A stretch of 64,000 bases of DNA from Eledone cirrhosa (GCA_964016885.1 OZ024740.1:278938001-279002000), one strand, 5' to 3'; shown: positions 28,702-43,343, numbered from the stretch's first letter. Translations and numbers: made by a program. The notes: generated by a model from the sequence alone, not told the origin.

Positions 28702-29549
28702 GTAAGTATGTGGATCTCACAAACACAAACAATCGCATTAATTCTGGTGAAAAAAGTGGATAGTTGCTTTTTTTATATATATATATATACTTATTCGTTT
28801 AAGGGAGGATTTTTTAACAGCCCCTTTACTCTTTTTTTTTTAATGTTTGGATTTATATGTTTTTGAATCTAGGAGACAGAACCTGCAAACAAAAAATTAT
28901 GTTTATATACAAACTATCGAAGCGCTGGTAAAAAAAAAATGTAAGAATGCCAAACACAGAAAATAACTGTAACAACTGTCGATTACTGTAAATTATAGTT
29001 TAGAAAATCGGATAAATTACCTCTATGAATGGAATTTTACAGTTATCGTTTTGCTTTTGGGATTCCTACATTTTCTAAATAATTTCAAACTTTATGTTAT
29101 TTAAAAGCAAATCAAAACAAAGGAATCTCAGTCCACTGTTTTTTTTAGCTTTCTTTATGTAAATAATGTTTACATATCAATAAACGTGTCAATGCAATTT
29201 ATATAATGAGTAAGATTGTAGATATAAATATCAGACCTGTCAACTCTCCCCGTCCGAAGAGGAGATCTCCCACCCATGTGAGAAAATGGGTATAGCTTTG
29301 TAAATCTTCCCATTTTGCCTCATTTCTCCCCGTTTGGGGACACTTTTTTTCATGGTACTCGCCGTTTGGGGTTTTAGAGGTTGGAACGTCTGATATATAC
29401 AGTACTAAAAAAAGGAGGAAAAGAGGGGAATAATATGGAAGAGAAAAGTTGGCCGTGGGGGGAGGGGGGGGGGCAATAAAGAAGGAAAAAAGGACAGAAT
29501 ACCCGCACACTACAACAACCCACTAATAATTTTCGAGGCAAGCCAACAC

Positions 29550-29580
<31 letters not shown>

Positions 29581-30849
29581 CGGATAAAAAACACGAATAT
29601 GTTAAAGCTATATCATTAATTTTCAAATTAATTAATGTAATGTGTATTCAATAATGAAAGCATTAGTACTGTACTGTTTCACTTTAAGATGTTTTAATTA
29701 TTTTTTTCATTACATAATAGCAAAATTCAAATTGTTTTCCTCAAACAAATATGCTTGAAATTACAAACACGAATGCCACAGCTGTCAAAATTCAACACAC
29801 ACACACGCATAACTCTTACTTAATTACGTAAATATTTCACATGAAAATATAGAATCTAAACGAAAGAAAATATTAAGTCAACACCAAGTGTGTCAATCGG
29901 TCACACAGCATAAAAGTGCAGGAGCCTTCTTCTAATACTTTTTCAGGAAAACCAACACACCCATTGCATTGTTGCGGGTGATAGTGAGGCTAAGGTGCTG
30001 GAACAACTAAGCATCCACGCGGAAATCGTATGATACTTCGGTAAGGCGAGCCGCCGATGATGACAAGAACTTTGTCAGTGGTACAGCTCCTCCAAACGTA
30101 ACATTTACTTCCAGAATGTGGGAAGGAACGAAAGAGTCACTGATTGTGGCATCCCAATTCAGACATCTACCTCTTACCTAAAGCCAAAGGGTTAAGACCA
30201 TCTGGTCTCTTCCTATCAACTCTGGACAATCTAACCACCTCCAGAATACCACCTCCAGAATTGAGGGGATATTTACCTGAGCCAAGGATGAAAATGTAAT
30301 TGCGATGCAAACAAAATTGACTTATACTCTTTAAATGCAAACGAAATATATATATTAAAAAAGTACTTTTTATATTTTAAAACGGACAACTTATGTTTCA
30401 ATTTAGGTATATAAATTGCAGACAGTAAAATCCAAATCCAAAATCCAGGGCTTTCTCACTCCTGTTGGAGGAACCCCTCTCTGGTTGTTCCTCCACTGCT
30501 TCCTATCTCTGGTTCAGCTCATCAACCCATCTCCTTGGTATCCAGTCCGTCACTCTAATAGTCCACTTGTCTCTGAAATGCAAGACATGACTGACTGAGC
30601 TATCTAGCTCTTCTTAATGGATCAATTGTGTCCTTCACACGAGTCTGCTGTCAAATCCAGGTGTTTCAGTAGCCCAATGTAACATGGAACAAATCATGCT
30701 CAGCATCACATTATGTGACAGGAAACAATAAAATAAAAGTCAATTAAAGTGGAAAGAATAAGGCATAAAAGAAGCCACTGTTATTTAGGACAGTACACTT
30801 CTACAACTCAGCCCTAAGCAATAGCGGCCAACATCTAGAAAGAAAAAAA

Positions 30850-31480
30850 CCTAGACAAAAAGATCTCATATGGTTTGTACCGCCATTCACACTTTATGTG
30901 AAGACCAATGTAGGTAGAACATTCCTAGCCCTCCCAGATCTTCACTCACTTGTAGGCCATAAATACCGACAAATATTTAATTGCCATACAGTGAAAATAG
31001 GCTACTCTTGTATCAGTAATATAAAAGCCCACATCACTAGCAAACGTAAAAGCCTTCCACCTTATGGATGCTCATGCAGAAGGCCAGAGACATGACCACT
31101 CGATCAACAGTGTAACACTCCAGCGGTGATATATCAGGCAGAAGTAACCTCCACCAAAGAGAACCACTAGAATGTCCGAGAACCGGTTCAAACGCCGGTA
31201 TCTGAACCACGAAACAATCTTCAGACATCCTGACAAAAAACATGCTACCCAACTCGCAAACCATATCTGGAACCTCCAAAATAACGGCACACTATTTTCC
31301 ATTGAACAGAGTATATTAGAAAAATCCACTCCCTATATTAATGGGACGAAATTTTGCCTGCTATGTAACTAAGAAAAGTGAAATATACTCTCATAACTGA
31401 CTTCAGAGAAACACTGCTTAAATACCTGACTCAACTGCTTTAATCGCTGTCAACACGAAGCTAAATTCATTCTAAGAAAA
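30850..31480 (+). mobile_element. Penelope-like element fragment (GIY-YIG endonuclease region)
   Basis: WFVPPF...KTNVGRTFL...IFNCHTVKIGYSCISN, AVIYQAEV, FKRRYLNHETIF...TQLANHIWNL...CLLCN, with frameshifts. Confidence 0.85.
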
Positions 31481-32289
31481 TGGTATAGACCAGAGTAACT
31501 GATTTGTCAGAAAAGGAAACTATGTGGCCATTTGTCACTCGGTGTCAGAGTGATTGAAACACATCAAAGAATATTCCCTATCAGGTGCATGTACGCGAAA
31601 TTGGTGGGGTCATTCAGAGGTTGTTAAAGTTAGTAGTCATCACTAAAGCATGGGATGGGTGTGGTATGGCAGGTTTGCATGCACACACCAGTGTGTTGTC
31701 TCCTTGTGTTCTGGTAGTGGTTCAGGTTGATGTGGTAGGTAGGTCGATGAAATGTTATGACAAATACAGCATAGTAGTAGTAGCAGCCTATCTATTTGTT
31801 TGTTAGTATGCCAATGGTCAGGCGAAATGTACAATAACATTCATTCACTCATTTGTTATTGCGAGTGTGTCTCGTCATTTGGGTTAAACCAACCACCCCA
31901 TTTCGCTCCTTTCAGATCTGTTGTTGATTGGCAGTTTCTAGATTTCTCTTCCTACTGAAACCTGATTTTGTTACTCGGAGATTTATCCATCTGCATTGTA
32001 GAGGCTTCCAAAACACAGGCATCGCTTGATATGTGACATTTTTTGTGATGCATGGTATTACTGGCCATAGGCAAGTCCCTAGCAGGACTAAAATGCTACG
32101 TCAAGCGATGGCATTACTTGAAATCGAGTTGCAGTCATTATGTATGTTTGTATATGGCCAGTTCTTGAAAAATTCATGTTCTGCATAAATGTATTTCTTG
32201 ATACATATTTCTATTCTTTATAACAGAGCTACAGTTCAAAAACGATAAACCCCAAGTGAAATCTAGACAGGTAATTCTGAGTGAAGTCT

Positions 32290-32530
32290 AAAAGTCTAAA
32301 GTCTGTCTCGAACCTGTAGGCTCATTAGGTCAGTGCTTATCCTGGTTTCTGTGGCATTAAGCACCTGGGAGTATAAGACTTCCCCCCTGGACAAAATGCC
32401 AGTCAGTCCTTTGCAGGATTAAACCTCCAATTGCTGCTAGTACTCATTTTCAACTCAGTATACTGGAGCAATGGGAAATGAAGCATTTTCCTCAAGAACA
32501 CAACACACAACCAAGGAATCAAAACCATGA
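32290..32530 (-). mobile_element. tRNA-derived SINE (second family)
   Basis: Body TCTTGAGGAAAATGCTTCATTTCCCATTGCTCCAGTATACTGAG shared with 36965-37200(+), 44313-44455(+), 63455-63700(-). Confidence 0.7.
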
Positions 32531-33149
32531 TAAAAGGTTTCCTGATAAACAACATTCTCAGATGTTCCACCTTGAGTAATTATAAACATTGTTCTTGCAT
32601 CCATCTCATGAACATCCAACATATAGTTAAGACTTATAATATATAACTTTATTGTAAAGCAAAAATAGCTGCAATCTTTGTTGGTGGTCATTATCTGTCT
32701 GAAATTGTAAGATTGTGGAATTTTTCTGGAAATAACAAATTGTAATTTGACAGTTGATTAACATAATGACTATGACAACAATAACATTGATGATGATGTG
32801 AGGGTGACAATGTTTGAATGAACTAACTTCAAAAACAAATTTGAAATTTCAAAGCAGTCTTCAGTTGACTACCACTTGTATTATAGTGGTCTTGACATCA
32901 ATTCTGGATGGCTTGATCTTGCCTTTGTTCTCAGCAAGAAGGCCAGTACATCTCTATTGTGCTTGGAACTCATGTCTCTCTGCTTATCTTGAATCTGCTT
33001 TAAGGGTACTTTGTGTAACATTTGTCATAGCAGTTTTTGCTATAACAAACACCTTGGTTAACCATTGCCCAAAACACCTGGTCATATGATAGTCAAACAA
33101 TGGCTTCAGAGCCAATCAGATCAACTATCTCCTTTGATCTCACTGTGCC

Positions 33150-34980
33150 AAGCTAGGTACTTGCTTGATTGCCAATGTAATTGTGGTGTTAAAACAGGCA
33201 GTGAGAAAAACTCCAATCATATGTTGGTACATGTGAAACTTCACATACATTTAAAAGCCTACAATATACCAAAAAGGTCCCACATGTATGATATTGCAAA
33301 GCTGAAATACAGCAACACTGCCATACACTCTCAACTAGAACTACAAAACTGTTTTGATGACTTGAATATACTAGTACAAACTGTACCCATGACTAAAAAT
33401 GAGCGACACAGCTTCAAACTATATACAGGACGGAGTGACTCAAGAATTAGGATTTGCCAGGCATAGTTGAAAAGATGGAATCTTAAGTCATACAAAAAAC
33501 CTCAGCAAGAGGACCAATTGTGCCCCAAATAGTGGTATCAGTACTTATTGGCTACTCAGAAGCCAATGATTTATGCAGATCACAATGAATACTGGTGTAC
33601 TGCACTCTGGATATAGAACATGTAGCTTCTGTTGAGGACTTTCAAAAGTTCTACCAACTTCTAAAATCAACCACCCAACCCATGCAAGCGTGGAAAAATG
33701 GACATAAAAACAATGATGATGATGGGCTGCTCACCCACAAGTGAAACCATCCTAGATACTAAGATGATGGTGCAACTATTTTCCAAATCTGCTCAATCAT
33801 GTCTACCAATCAGCCTCATCAGTTGCACATAGATTCCACTGACAGCACCTCCTTCACATTCAACACAGATGTACTAACTATGTACTAACAGTCGAAGATG
33901 TGCGAAGATATCCAGAAACTGAAAGACAAGGCTCTTGTTGAAGATTGTTTACCTCCTGCAATCTTCAAAAACTGGTTTTATGCCTTGACCTTCTAGTTGC
34001 ACTGTGTGATCGCATGTATTGAAATTTCTTCCACAAGACTGGAATGATGTAGTTCTTTTCCTTTTCTTCAAAATGTGTGACATGCATTGTTATGGTAACT
34101 ACCATGTCATCAGTTTGATAAATAGTATGGCTAGATACTCACCATTAGTTTTCTACAAAGATTTCAACACACGCGTGCTCAATGCATCTGACCAAATCAG
34201 TGTGGTTTTTGTCTGAGCCAAGGCTGCAAATATCAAACCTTCACCTTGAAAAGAGAGTTCTGGAACAATGTTAGAGCAACAAGCAACAAACCATCACCTA
34301 TTTTGTCAAATTTGCAACAACCTTTGATTCTATTAAACACTGCTTGTGAAGCTCCTCGATCTAATTATATTGAATCTAAAAATATTGTAGCTCTACATGA
34401 GTAAAGGTTTGCTATTATTGTGAAGAATCTCAGCTCTTCGAAATCCATCAGGTGTTCAGAATGGCTGTGTTATATTGCCAACACCATTCAAATATGCCGT
34501 CGACTCAGGTGTTGCTGTGGGATAAGACTTCTGAGTTACTGGTCTTGATCATGCGAATGACTTCATGAAAATTAGCAATATCTACATTGATGTTCAATCA
34601 ATCACTGAATACTTCAATATGTATGTCACATGTTAGCTTGAAAATCAATGCAGTTAATATCTCGCCTTCTGAAAGGGTCCCTACCATAGTCAATGGTGAG
34701 ATTTTGGAAGTAGTTGATTAATTCATGTATCTCCACACAACCTTCACTACACTGCAACATACCCAGATAAGGATGAGATAGATGTCCACATTAGCCATGC
34801 ACATTCTGTCATCTTCAAAGTCGACTCTGCGTTAGGTCAGAAATTCATCTAGTTACAAAAATCTCCATCTACTGAGCACTTGTTTAGACTATCCTTCTAT
34901 ATAGCAATGCAGAATGGCTGATGAGAATTGTGGACTTGCAAGTTGGAAATATTAAATCACTTTTGTCTTTGCCAAATCTT
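33150..34980 (+). mobile_element. Heavily degenerate RTE-like LINE in DNAJC12 intron 1
   Basis: PQDWND...NYHVISLI and NGEILEVVD-FMYL remnants; homologous to 62770-64000. Confidence 0.6.
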
Positions 34981-35404
34981 TCACAATCTTTAAAGGCACC
35001 TGTTGAAAGCAATTGACATGCTTTGGTTTTGTTAGATTTCCTCAGCAAAGTTTATTGTATTCAGTTCACAAAACTGAGAAGGATCAGTTTATAATCTAAG
35101 TAGTAGACAACTGGTATTATGTATCTAAATAACAAACTATATTGAGCCCGTTTTATCAATATATGCATGTATGTTTATATGTGTATGTAGTGGCCAACGG
35201 TAACAGCACAAGCCAGTCGATGAAAGGTAGTTATGCGTCTTCCCCTATTTATCCGCCCTGACTCTCTGACCTGGAACCTCAGGCATAAGCGATCTTGACC
35301 AAGGTCTCAGCGAACCGAATAGTGAAAGTGTCACCCAGGATGATAGTGAGGGAGATGCACGGAAAGAGCAATCCCAACTCGCTGGGCTCACTCTTGCGGC
35401 TCAG

Positions 35405-35620
35405 ACTCAGAAGCTCCCGCATCTTGCGACGCATGAGGCAATCATAGTGTTCCACCGCGTTCGGTCAGCAGCCAGTTGCACAGCGTCCCGCCATTGTCTG
35501 TTTGTCGCTCGCAGGTCCCTCTCAACTGTCTGGCGCCAGTTCATTTTGGGTCGCCCTTTCCGTCTGCTTCCCTGTGGGTTCCATTTAAGTACTTGGTTCG
35601 CCAGTCTCTCCGGGGGGAAG
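35405..35620 (-). mobile_element. RTE LINE 3' end fragment
   Basis: Reverse translation ERLANQVLKWNPQGSRRKGRPKMNWRQTVERDL...AADRTRW. Confidence 0.75.
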
Positions 35621-36817
35621 TCTCAAAGCTCTTGCGGGCGGATGATTAATTTACAATCTTAACAATTTATCAGTATATAATCTAATCCAGTGATCAATAG
35701 CTAGCTTAATCGACGTTCTAACTCTGACAATCCACTATCATAGTTTAAAATGAATGATCTCCCTTGCATTTGCACGGCAAATACAAGGGAGATAATTCTT
35801 TATGAAAAGATAAATACCTTGTATATAATTGGTTATGCTAATTTGGGACATGATGACCAAAAATAAACTGAGTTATTGTAAACATTGTTTCTCTTTGTTT
35901 CCAATCTAATCCGCTGTCAACACCAGCATCAGTTTTTCTGATATATTGTAGTTTTAAAATATTATTGCAAATTTATTTTCTTGTTAAAATAACTGGGAGC
36001 GAGGGAAGGATACATGGTAGAGAAAGGAAACTGGAAATTGCTCTGTAATGTAATTGATAACACAGTTGACCAGTAATCAATAGATACATGGTCTGAGTCC
36101 CACCAGTGGGCTTGCTTCTCTTTTCTGTCTCAAATTTAATATGATATTTATAATGTCTAATGCATTTTCATTTTTACCTTTTCAACTCAATTCATAGTCT
36201 CTTCTTTAGGTATAAATCAATTCAATGCTTTTGTAGTTTTGATATGATGAATGATAAATCCTGGTTATGATGCCAGTCTACTTTTGGTAATATTTCCAGA
36301 CGATTTCCTACTTGTAATCAAAGCCCACCAAAAAGGCAACAAACTAGAACGTTCAAGAGAGTGCTTTATGGTGTTCATTCCAATTCTCTGCCGAGGTCAA
36401 CTTTGCCTCTCATTCATTTAATGTTGAAAATAGTACCAGGGTTGATTCTTCCTCTATATCTTTCTTACTTCTTTTCTCTCTCTCTCTCTGTCCTCTGAAA
36501 GAAATCTGCAGTACACAGGCCTGAGAGGGACTGGCTCCACAAGGTTTTTAAATGTCCTAAGAAACGCTGTATATCAATATGGTGCCCCAACAGCTCCCTC
36601 AGGTATTAAGGATCTATACCCTACCAGTTAACACCGTTAATGTAAATGGTTCAAAAATATTTTCATCATATCAGTCTGAACATTATCAAAAATTCTGATT
36701 TATATCAGTTGTGTGTGTGTCTATGCCTTATTAAATCAATTAATTACAAAATACTTCAAAATTATGTTATATGTGTTTTCTTCTATGTCTTTCAAATATG
36801 TCTTCCTATTTCTGCAG

Positions 36818-36896
36818 GTTGAGCAAATCAATGCTGAATATAAGGCACGTGTTTTGTCCTGTCATCCAGACAAAAATCCCAATGATCCACTTGCTG
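36818..36896 (+). CDS. DNAJC12: DNAJC12 coding exon 2 (VEQINAEYKARVLSCHPDKNPNDPLA), J-domain HPD motif
   Basis: Acceptor TTTCTGCAG, donor G|GTGAGA, 79 nt, contains HPD; phase-compatible with exons 1 and 3. Confidence 0.95.
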
Positions 36897-37420
36897 GTGA
36901 GAGCTTTTGCTTGTTCTCTTCTATTTATCTAGTGATGATGTTATCATTATCTTGTTTATATCCATTAGTGGTTAGGGTGTTTGTCTCATAATCATAGAGT
37001 TATTGGGCCGTGTTGTGTCTTTGAACAAAACACATTACCTGTTATTCCAGTCCACTCAGTTAATTAAAATTAGTGCCAGCAAGTAGCTGGATTTAACCTT
37101 ATGATGAACTGGCAACCTGCCTTATACTCTCAGTCACTTAATGTCAAAGAAACCAAGATAGGCACTGGCATAATGAGCCTCAGGGCCTGAGACAGACTTC
37201 AAAATTTTTTTCCCTGCTAGAATGGTTCAACAAAACTTTTTGAAATTGGATTCTATAGCTGGATGCACTAACTTATGCCAATCTTTACTTGTTTTTAAAT
37301 ATCTTATTCCAGTGATCTTTGCATTTAGATTCTTGATAAAGATTACAGTTGTGAAAAAGTATTATAAAAATGTGTTCTTTTATCAATTTTCTTTGAAATG
37401 CTCCATGTTTGTATTTTCAG

Positions 37421-37560
37421 CAAAGAGGTTTACTACACTACAAGTTGCTAAAGATGTAGTTACATGCCCAGCGACAAGGAAGAAATATGACCAGTGGCTT
37501 AATTCTGGTTTAGCTATGTCTTATAAGGAATGGTGTTCTCTCAATAACAAGATTCACTCT
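37421..37560 (+). CDS. DNAJC12: DNAJC12 coding exon 3 (AKRFTTLQVAKDVVTCPATRKKYDQWLNSGLAMSYKEWCSLNNKIHS)
   Basis: Acceptor TTTTCAG, donor GTAAGT, 140 nt; J-domain helices III-IV (RxxYD). Confidence 0.95.
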
Positions 37561-38331
37561 GTAAGTATATACAATATATGAAATGTATTTTTAAAATCAT
37601 ATATAATACTTGTTCACACTCCATGTCAAACTGCGGCAAAGTAATATAACAATGCTATCAGAGTATTTGGTTCTATTCATATATCTGGGAGGATGAGGCT
37701 AACTGCTTTCAATTTCTAGTATCCTATAATATATTTCACAATACCACTTTCCTAGTAAGTGAAATTCTTCAGGTCTTCTCCTTCAGCATGTATTTTTATT
37801 ATGTTTTTAAAAGTTACCCTTCCAAATGTTGTTACTGGGCTATTTTCCTATGTATATATATATATATAACGAAGGAAGTGTGGTAAGGAACCAGGTGGAC
37901 CATAACGCACCAGAGTACTCGATACTTTGGGTAGTAGAGTGAGTAATAGGAAAATAGTCAGAACCCCGATGGCAGAGCTCAAGCCGTTTCTCACTATTTT
38001 CCTATATATATCATTATGTGTATCCTGTTTAAGATAAGTAGACCACATCCCTGCATGGTGTGAGAAACGACTAAAACGGATGGTGCCAGGAAGAGCATCC
38101 AATTGGAAAACATTGCTTCAAAATATTTTTTCCAGCCCATGCCAGCATTTGTAAACTTGGCAACACACCCACCAATATTTTTGAGGTGGGAGTTATGAAC
38201 TAGAGGTAAAAGACTGGAATTTAGACTTTTGACTTTGGTAAATAGAAAAATAGTTTTGACAAGAGAGTGATGGTTACTATGTCTGCAGAACAACAGGAAT
38301 AACAACGTTAGAATAAAAAGAATAAATTTAA

Positions 38332-38516
38332 CCCTGTAATGTTCAAACTGGCCAGAATTCTCTACCTTTTTCTGTTGAAACTGGTCACTGAAACTGATGT
38401 TAAGGTATTGTTCTCAAAATAAATACTTTCAAAATCTCAGATTCGATATTATACAAGGTAAAGCCTTTACCATGAAAATATAATAGTATTTATAGAGTAA
38501 TGTGAACGCTAACGGG
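38332..38516. mobile_element. piggyBac-type MITE (TTAA-CCC...GGG-TTAA)
   Basis: TTAA flanks; about 190-bp body homologous to copies at 52232, 59338 and 62134. Confidence 0.75.
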
Positions 38517-40548
38517 TTAAATTAATTGAAATGTAAGGGAGAACAACTATTTATAATATATACAATAAAAAAAAAATTATTTGAAGAACTCTTCAGTGAT
38601 GGAAACTAAAAATGACAAAGAAATAGCATCCAAAATTCCCTCATATTACATCCTACCTTAAAAAAAAAGATATATAAGGTAGTCTTATAATCACCTAAAA
38701 GACGGTATGGTTGCAGTTGGAATATCTTTTATTAAATGTCTGCTCGATCAGGGCTGACTTGGAGTTAAACAACCACTTGACGGCTTTGGGGATTCACCAA
38801 CAATTTACCGTTTAAAATTTTTATTTCTGCTACCCCTCTTATATAACATTGGGATTTTTGTCTTCGTTGAACATACAATTGGTGTAATTCTCTCATCCAC
38901 TTCACTAGGGAGTACAAGGCAATTTAATGCTGGTACACACGAGACATTATAAGTCCTACATAGTAAAGGCACATACAGAAAGAAAACAAACACACTGAAC
39001 ATCAGTGCTGACCTAGGGCTAAACAACTGAACTTAGAAGAAATTAAAATAGAATGACTTACCGTATATACTTGAATATAAGCTGAGGAATATGAATATGT
39101 AACTAAAAATTATTTTGACAATTTTCACCAACTTCAAATTCTATGGATTTTTTCCCATTTATAATAAAATAATAATAATGAAATTATTGTGTAAAGTGCT
39201 CAGGTGCACTACAACCCGTCAATATAGTACATAGAATAATACACAAATGCCAGGGAAGTACATGTTTGTATGTGTTAGCTGTAGTGTTGGCGGATCTCGG
39301 GAAGCATGGAGGCCTTAAAGGATGCAGTGTCTCGACAGCTAACAACTGATGCAGGTAGTTTGTTCCATCTCAGACATAAAATAAAATAATGAGGGGGGGG
39401 GGTTATATATGAGTATATACTTAATGGATATGGAATGAAAAGGACAAATGCATTTAGAAATACCTTTGTAGTTTTTTGTTCTTTGAATTTTCTTTTGAAA
39501 TCATGACTTATTTTCTCATTTCCATATCAGGTATCAGACTATATGATATATTTGTACACATTTACATACACCTAAACCTAAACCCATGTTTTAATATATT
39601 TACTGTTGTTTGCTACTAGTCAGTAGGTAAACAGAATTGGTGAGTTACTAGACATAAACAAGGTTGAATAGCAGCAAAGTCTTTTTCAAATCACACCCTA
39701 TTATCCTTCAAAGATAAGAGACACTGGAATGGCCATAGCTGGAATGCTTTTGTTCAGTTTGCTCACTCAGGACTGATCTGGAGCCATACAACAAAATAAC
39801 AGACACATTAATGCATTGTAATTCCTGTTCTGAAATTGAGTTTTGTGATGGAAAAAGTATATAATTTCAACTAATATATAAATATAACATTTTGACATGC
39901 ACAAGACATAAGGTAAATCCATTTCAATCAATTTAGGAATGAACTGAAGGAAACTTTATTCAGTTCTGCAACCTGCTAGAAATAGTGAAATTTCTCTTAA
40001 AATGTAGCCCTAGATATATAAAAAGAGTTTCTTCCTGATTGAAAAAGCTTGATATACATTTGAGTTGATCTGAAGCTAAACAACTTTTTCATTATTGGGA
40101 AGAGAAATATCACAACTTCACTATTTATATATCTCTAAATTATACCAATGTATCAAATTGTGTTTATATATGTACTTTATTACATAAATCTGCTATTACA
40201 TTTTTGGGGTTAAATTGTAGATTACCTTATGTTGTTCCTGGTGAAGGCAGTCTGCTATTTTCACTTCAGTATTGAGTGGTTTAGAGTAGGCCCCCATGCA
40301 TACTAATGTAGGAAAATGGATATGAAAGTGAAAAAATTATGACTATCTAAAAATGAATGAAAAATTGTGCATGCATGATAATTTAATGCATTTCCTTTCA
40401 AACATGTAAAGTACACAAACATTTTAGCAGATCAATGAATAAGTAGAGTTCTGTACCTTGCTTAGAACAAAATCTTAAACAAATGGCATGATTCAAACTG
40501 TATTCTAATACTCACAGTTAATATTTCCATCTCACTTTATTTTTACAG

Positions 40549-40606
40549 TCAATGCACTGGGCTTCTACAAAACCTAAACACTTTCAAGTTAAAAACATGC
40601 CAGAAG
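40549..40606 (+). CDS. DNAJC12: DNAJC12 coding exon 4 (SMHWASTKPKHFQVKNMPE)
   Basis: Acceptor TTTTTACAG, donor AAG|GTAATA, 58 nt; family-conserved SMHW motif; phase-compatible. Confidence 0.9.
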
Positions 40607-42802
40607 GTAATAACCAGTTTTTATAGCTTACTTGTCTTTTAAAAGAACATAATGCATTTTATCTTTATTTAGATAAAAGAGATTCTTGGTAACGATGAAA
40701 TATAAATGTGAAAATAAAGAGATTTTTAAAGAAAAAGATAGTGACAACCAAACAAGTATTCTCCACTTCCAACTAACCTCCTGCTTCTGTATAAATGTTT
40801 GGCTTTATTTTATTGAATGCAAAGGATTGAAAGGCAATCATCTGGCAGGATATAAAATTAAAATTGTAATGTTCTAAATGAGATAACATGACACATCTTG
40901 GCATAAACTCCAATGAGTGAACCCTCTATATTGTCATTTGACCTGCTCAGAATAGTAGCCAAACACCCCATAGAATCCTGGAAAGAAAAGATCTGTCCAA
41001 AAAAAAAAAAAAAAAAAAAAAACTAAATAAGTTTTGATGATAACCAGAGTAATAGCCTATGTATGAAGTCCATTGTTTCAATATTGTCAAGCTATGAAAT
41101 GTCTAATTTAACAGTGAAAAATGTGTAGCCACCATGAAAGCTAATGACGACCTATCATTTCTTGAGCATATAAACAGTTTTGCATTATTTTTTAATCATA
41201 TGTAGTGCAAGTTTCTTTTTACACATCAGTTAAATAATACAGGAAAGGTTTATTCATGTGTGTTATATATATATCCTACACGAGCGAGACACGGTCACCC
41301 GATCAATCTTGCCTCAAGTGGGACAATTCCCGCCTAACCCATGCTAGCGTGGAAGATTAGACGTTAAACGATGATGATGACATATACACACTCACCAAAC
41401 AGGTATCGATGATATGTGCTTACAGTAGATAAGGCAAATATCTGCATAGAATTGAAGTTAGTAAATTTCCCTTAGAGAAAGAAAATTTGTTAGACAGCTT
41501 TGGTTTATGAGCATGCAACTATAAACATTACAATCCTTTACTAAATCTATGTTTATCCAATATTTCATAGTGTCTTATTTTGTTTTCTTTCCAAAACACC
41601 CAATTCCTTAACAAAGCTAAAGTTCTATGTAGCAGTTAAATCTTCCTTACAATTAGAGCCACACATAAAAATCAATGTACGTAAGAACCCATAACTCATG
41701 ATGGAGTTGTAGAGGTACCATATTGATATATGGCGTTTTGGGGTGCAATTCTTTTAACTTGGCATAGTCCATCTCCGTGTCTGAATACAGTCTATTTTTT
41801 TCAGAGGAGAGAGAAAGAGAGAATCGACTCCCAGTACAATACTGGTATAATTTTTTATTGATCTCGAACAGATGAAAGGCAAAGTTGACCTCAGAAGGAT
41901 TTGAAGTGAGCAAGCATTCTATCCGATGTTCGAGTGTCTCTACCAATTCACCACCTGAATACACACCCCATAAAAACAGGATGGTCATAGATGAAATCAT
42001 TGCTTGAATGATGTCAGTTACTTCCATAGACTTACACACATTTAGAAATTTCTTGAAATAAGTATCCACTTATTACAAAATTCATACGACACTGGATTGC
42101 TTCATTTGTAAATTACATCTAAATGGCTAGCTCTTCTTCATCCACTTATTCCTGGGAGAGCCGTGGGTCCTGTCAGAAGCAACAGTCTTCCATTGATCTA
42201 GCTGATGGTTTTTGGAATAGAGTGCATAGCTCAGAGATCAGTCGCTCCAGGTTGAGCTGCTACTTCTCCAAATTGAGACCACAGCTCTGATATTATGGAT
42301 ATGTGGTTAGAATGTCTCAGGAAAGAATTACAGGACAGATTTTATGGCCAAAATCTAATTTTAGCTTAGATTTTAATTTGCTTTATATTTTTGTCACTAT
42401 TTGCCCTGGATTTGTTTATTCTATTGCTTTAAAAAAAAAACAAAAACAAACCCTAGAAAAAGTGCAACAGCATCCTAAATATACTATCATCACTACTGAT
42501 TTCAGACAAAAAGAAAACACACAGAAATAGCTGTAACTTCAAACTGACTGGACAATATAGAGTACTTGCCTAAACACTGTATGGTTCTTAGCTAGGCATG
42601 GTGTAACTAGACCAACAGATCTAGATTGTCTAGTCATTCAACCAACTAGCTGTGTCCATAAGATTACTTGATGGCAGCTGCCTGAGGCAACATAACATAT
42701 GTCCCTTCACAGTTTTGAGCCTACTTACTAACCTAGCTCCCATTCTACTAAACACTTATTTTACTTGGTCATTTCTAAGATAACTTAAAACTTTTATTTC
42801 AG

Positions 42803-42891
42803 ACGAATGTCCAGCTTATTTGGAAAAACCTCAGTGGCATAAAAGAGATGACAGTACATTGCTTGAAAAATTCCGAAACTATGAAATTTAG
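42803..42891 (+). CDS. DNAJC12: DNAJC12 terminal coding exon (DECPAYLEKPQWHKRDDSTLLEKFRNYEI*)
   Basis: Acceptor TATTTCAG; ends in the diagnostic DNAJC12 C-terminus KFRNYEI and TAG at 42889-42891. Total CDS 444 nt, 147 aa. Confidence 0.95.
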
Positions 42892-43343
42892 CAAGTTTGT
42901 TTTTTAATGTTAAAGTAAGCATAACTGTTCATATGTGACAGGGTACATGCATATTAACCTATAAGCATTAATTCTTCAAGGACAGCATAAAACCGGTAGT
43001 CCAAGCATTGTGATTTGGGGTTTTCTTTTATATATTCATTAGCTTGATTAAGTGTTGAGACAAATATGTCTCCCATTGGAAACAGCTCAATATTATTTAC
43101 TGTTATATTATCCAGTGCAATTGTATTCCTGTAAACATTTTATCTGAGACACAACAGGTTTAAGACATGTTTGTTGGTAAACAGCTTTTATAGCTCATGA
43201 TAAAAAAAAAAAGGGGGGGGGGGGGGCACATATCAATGAAAAAGCTTCTATAGGTGTTAGAAATACCAACCACACTACCATCTTAGATAGCATAGCTCTT
43301 CAGAGACTGGTTAGGTTGGTAATGGCTGGCTTAATTGTAAATG

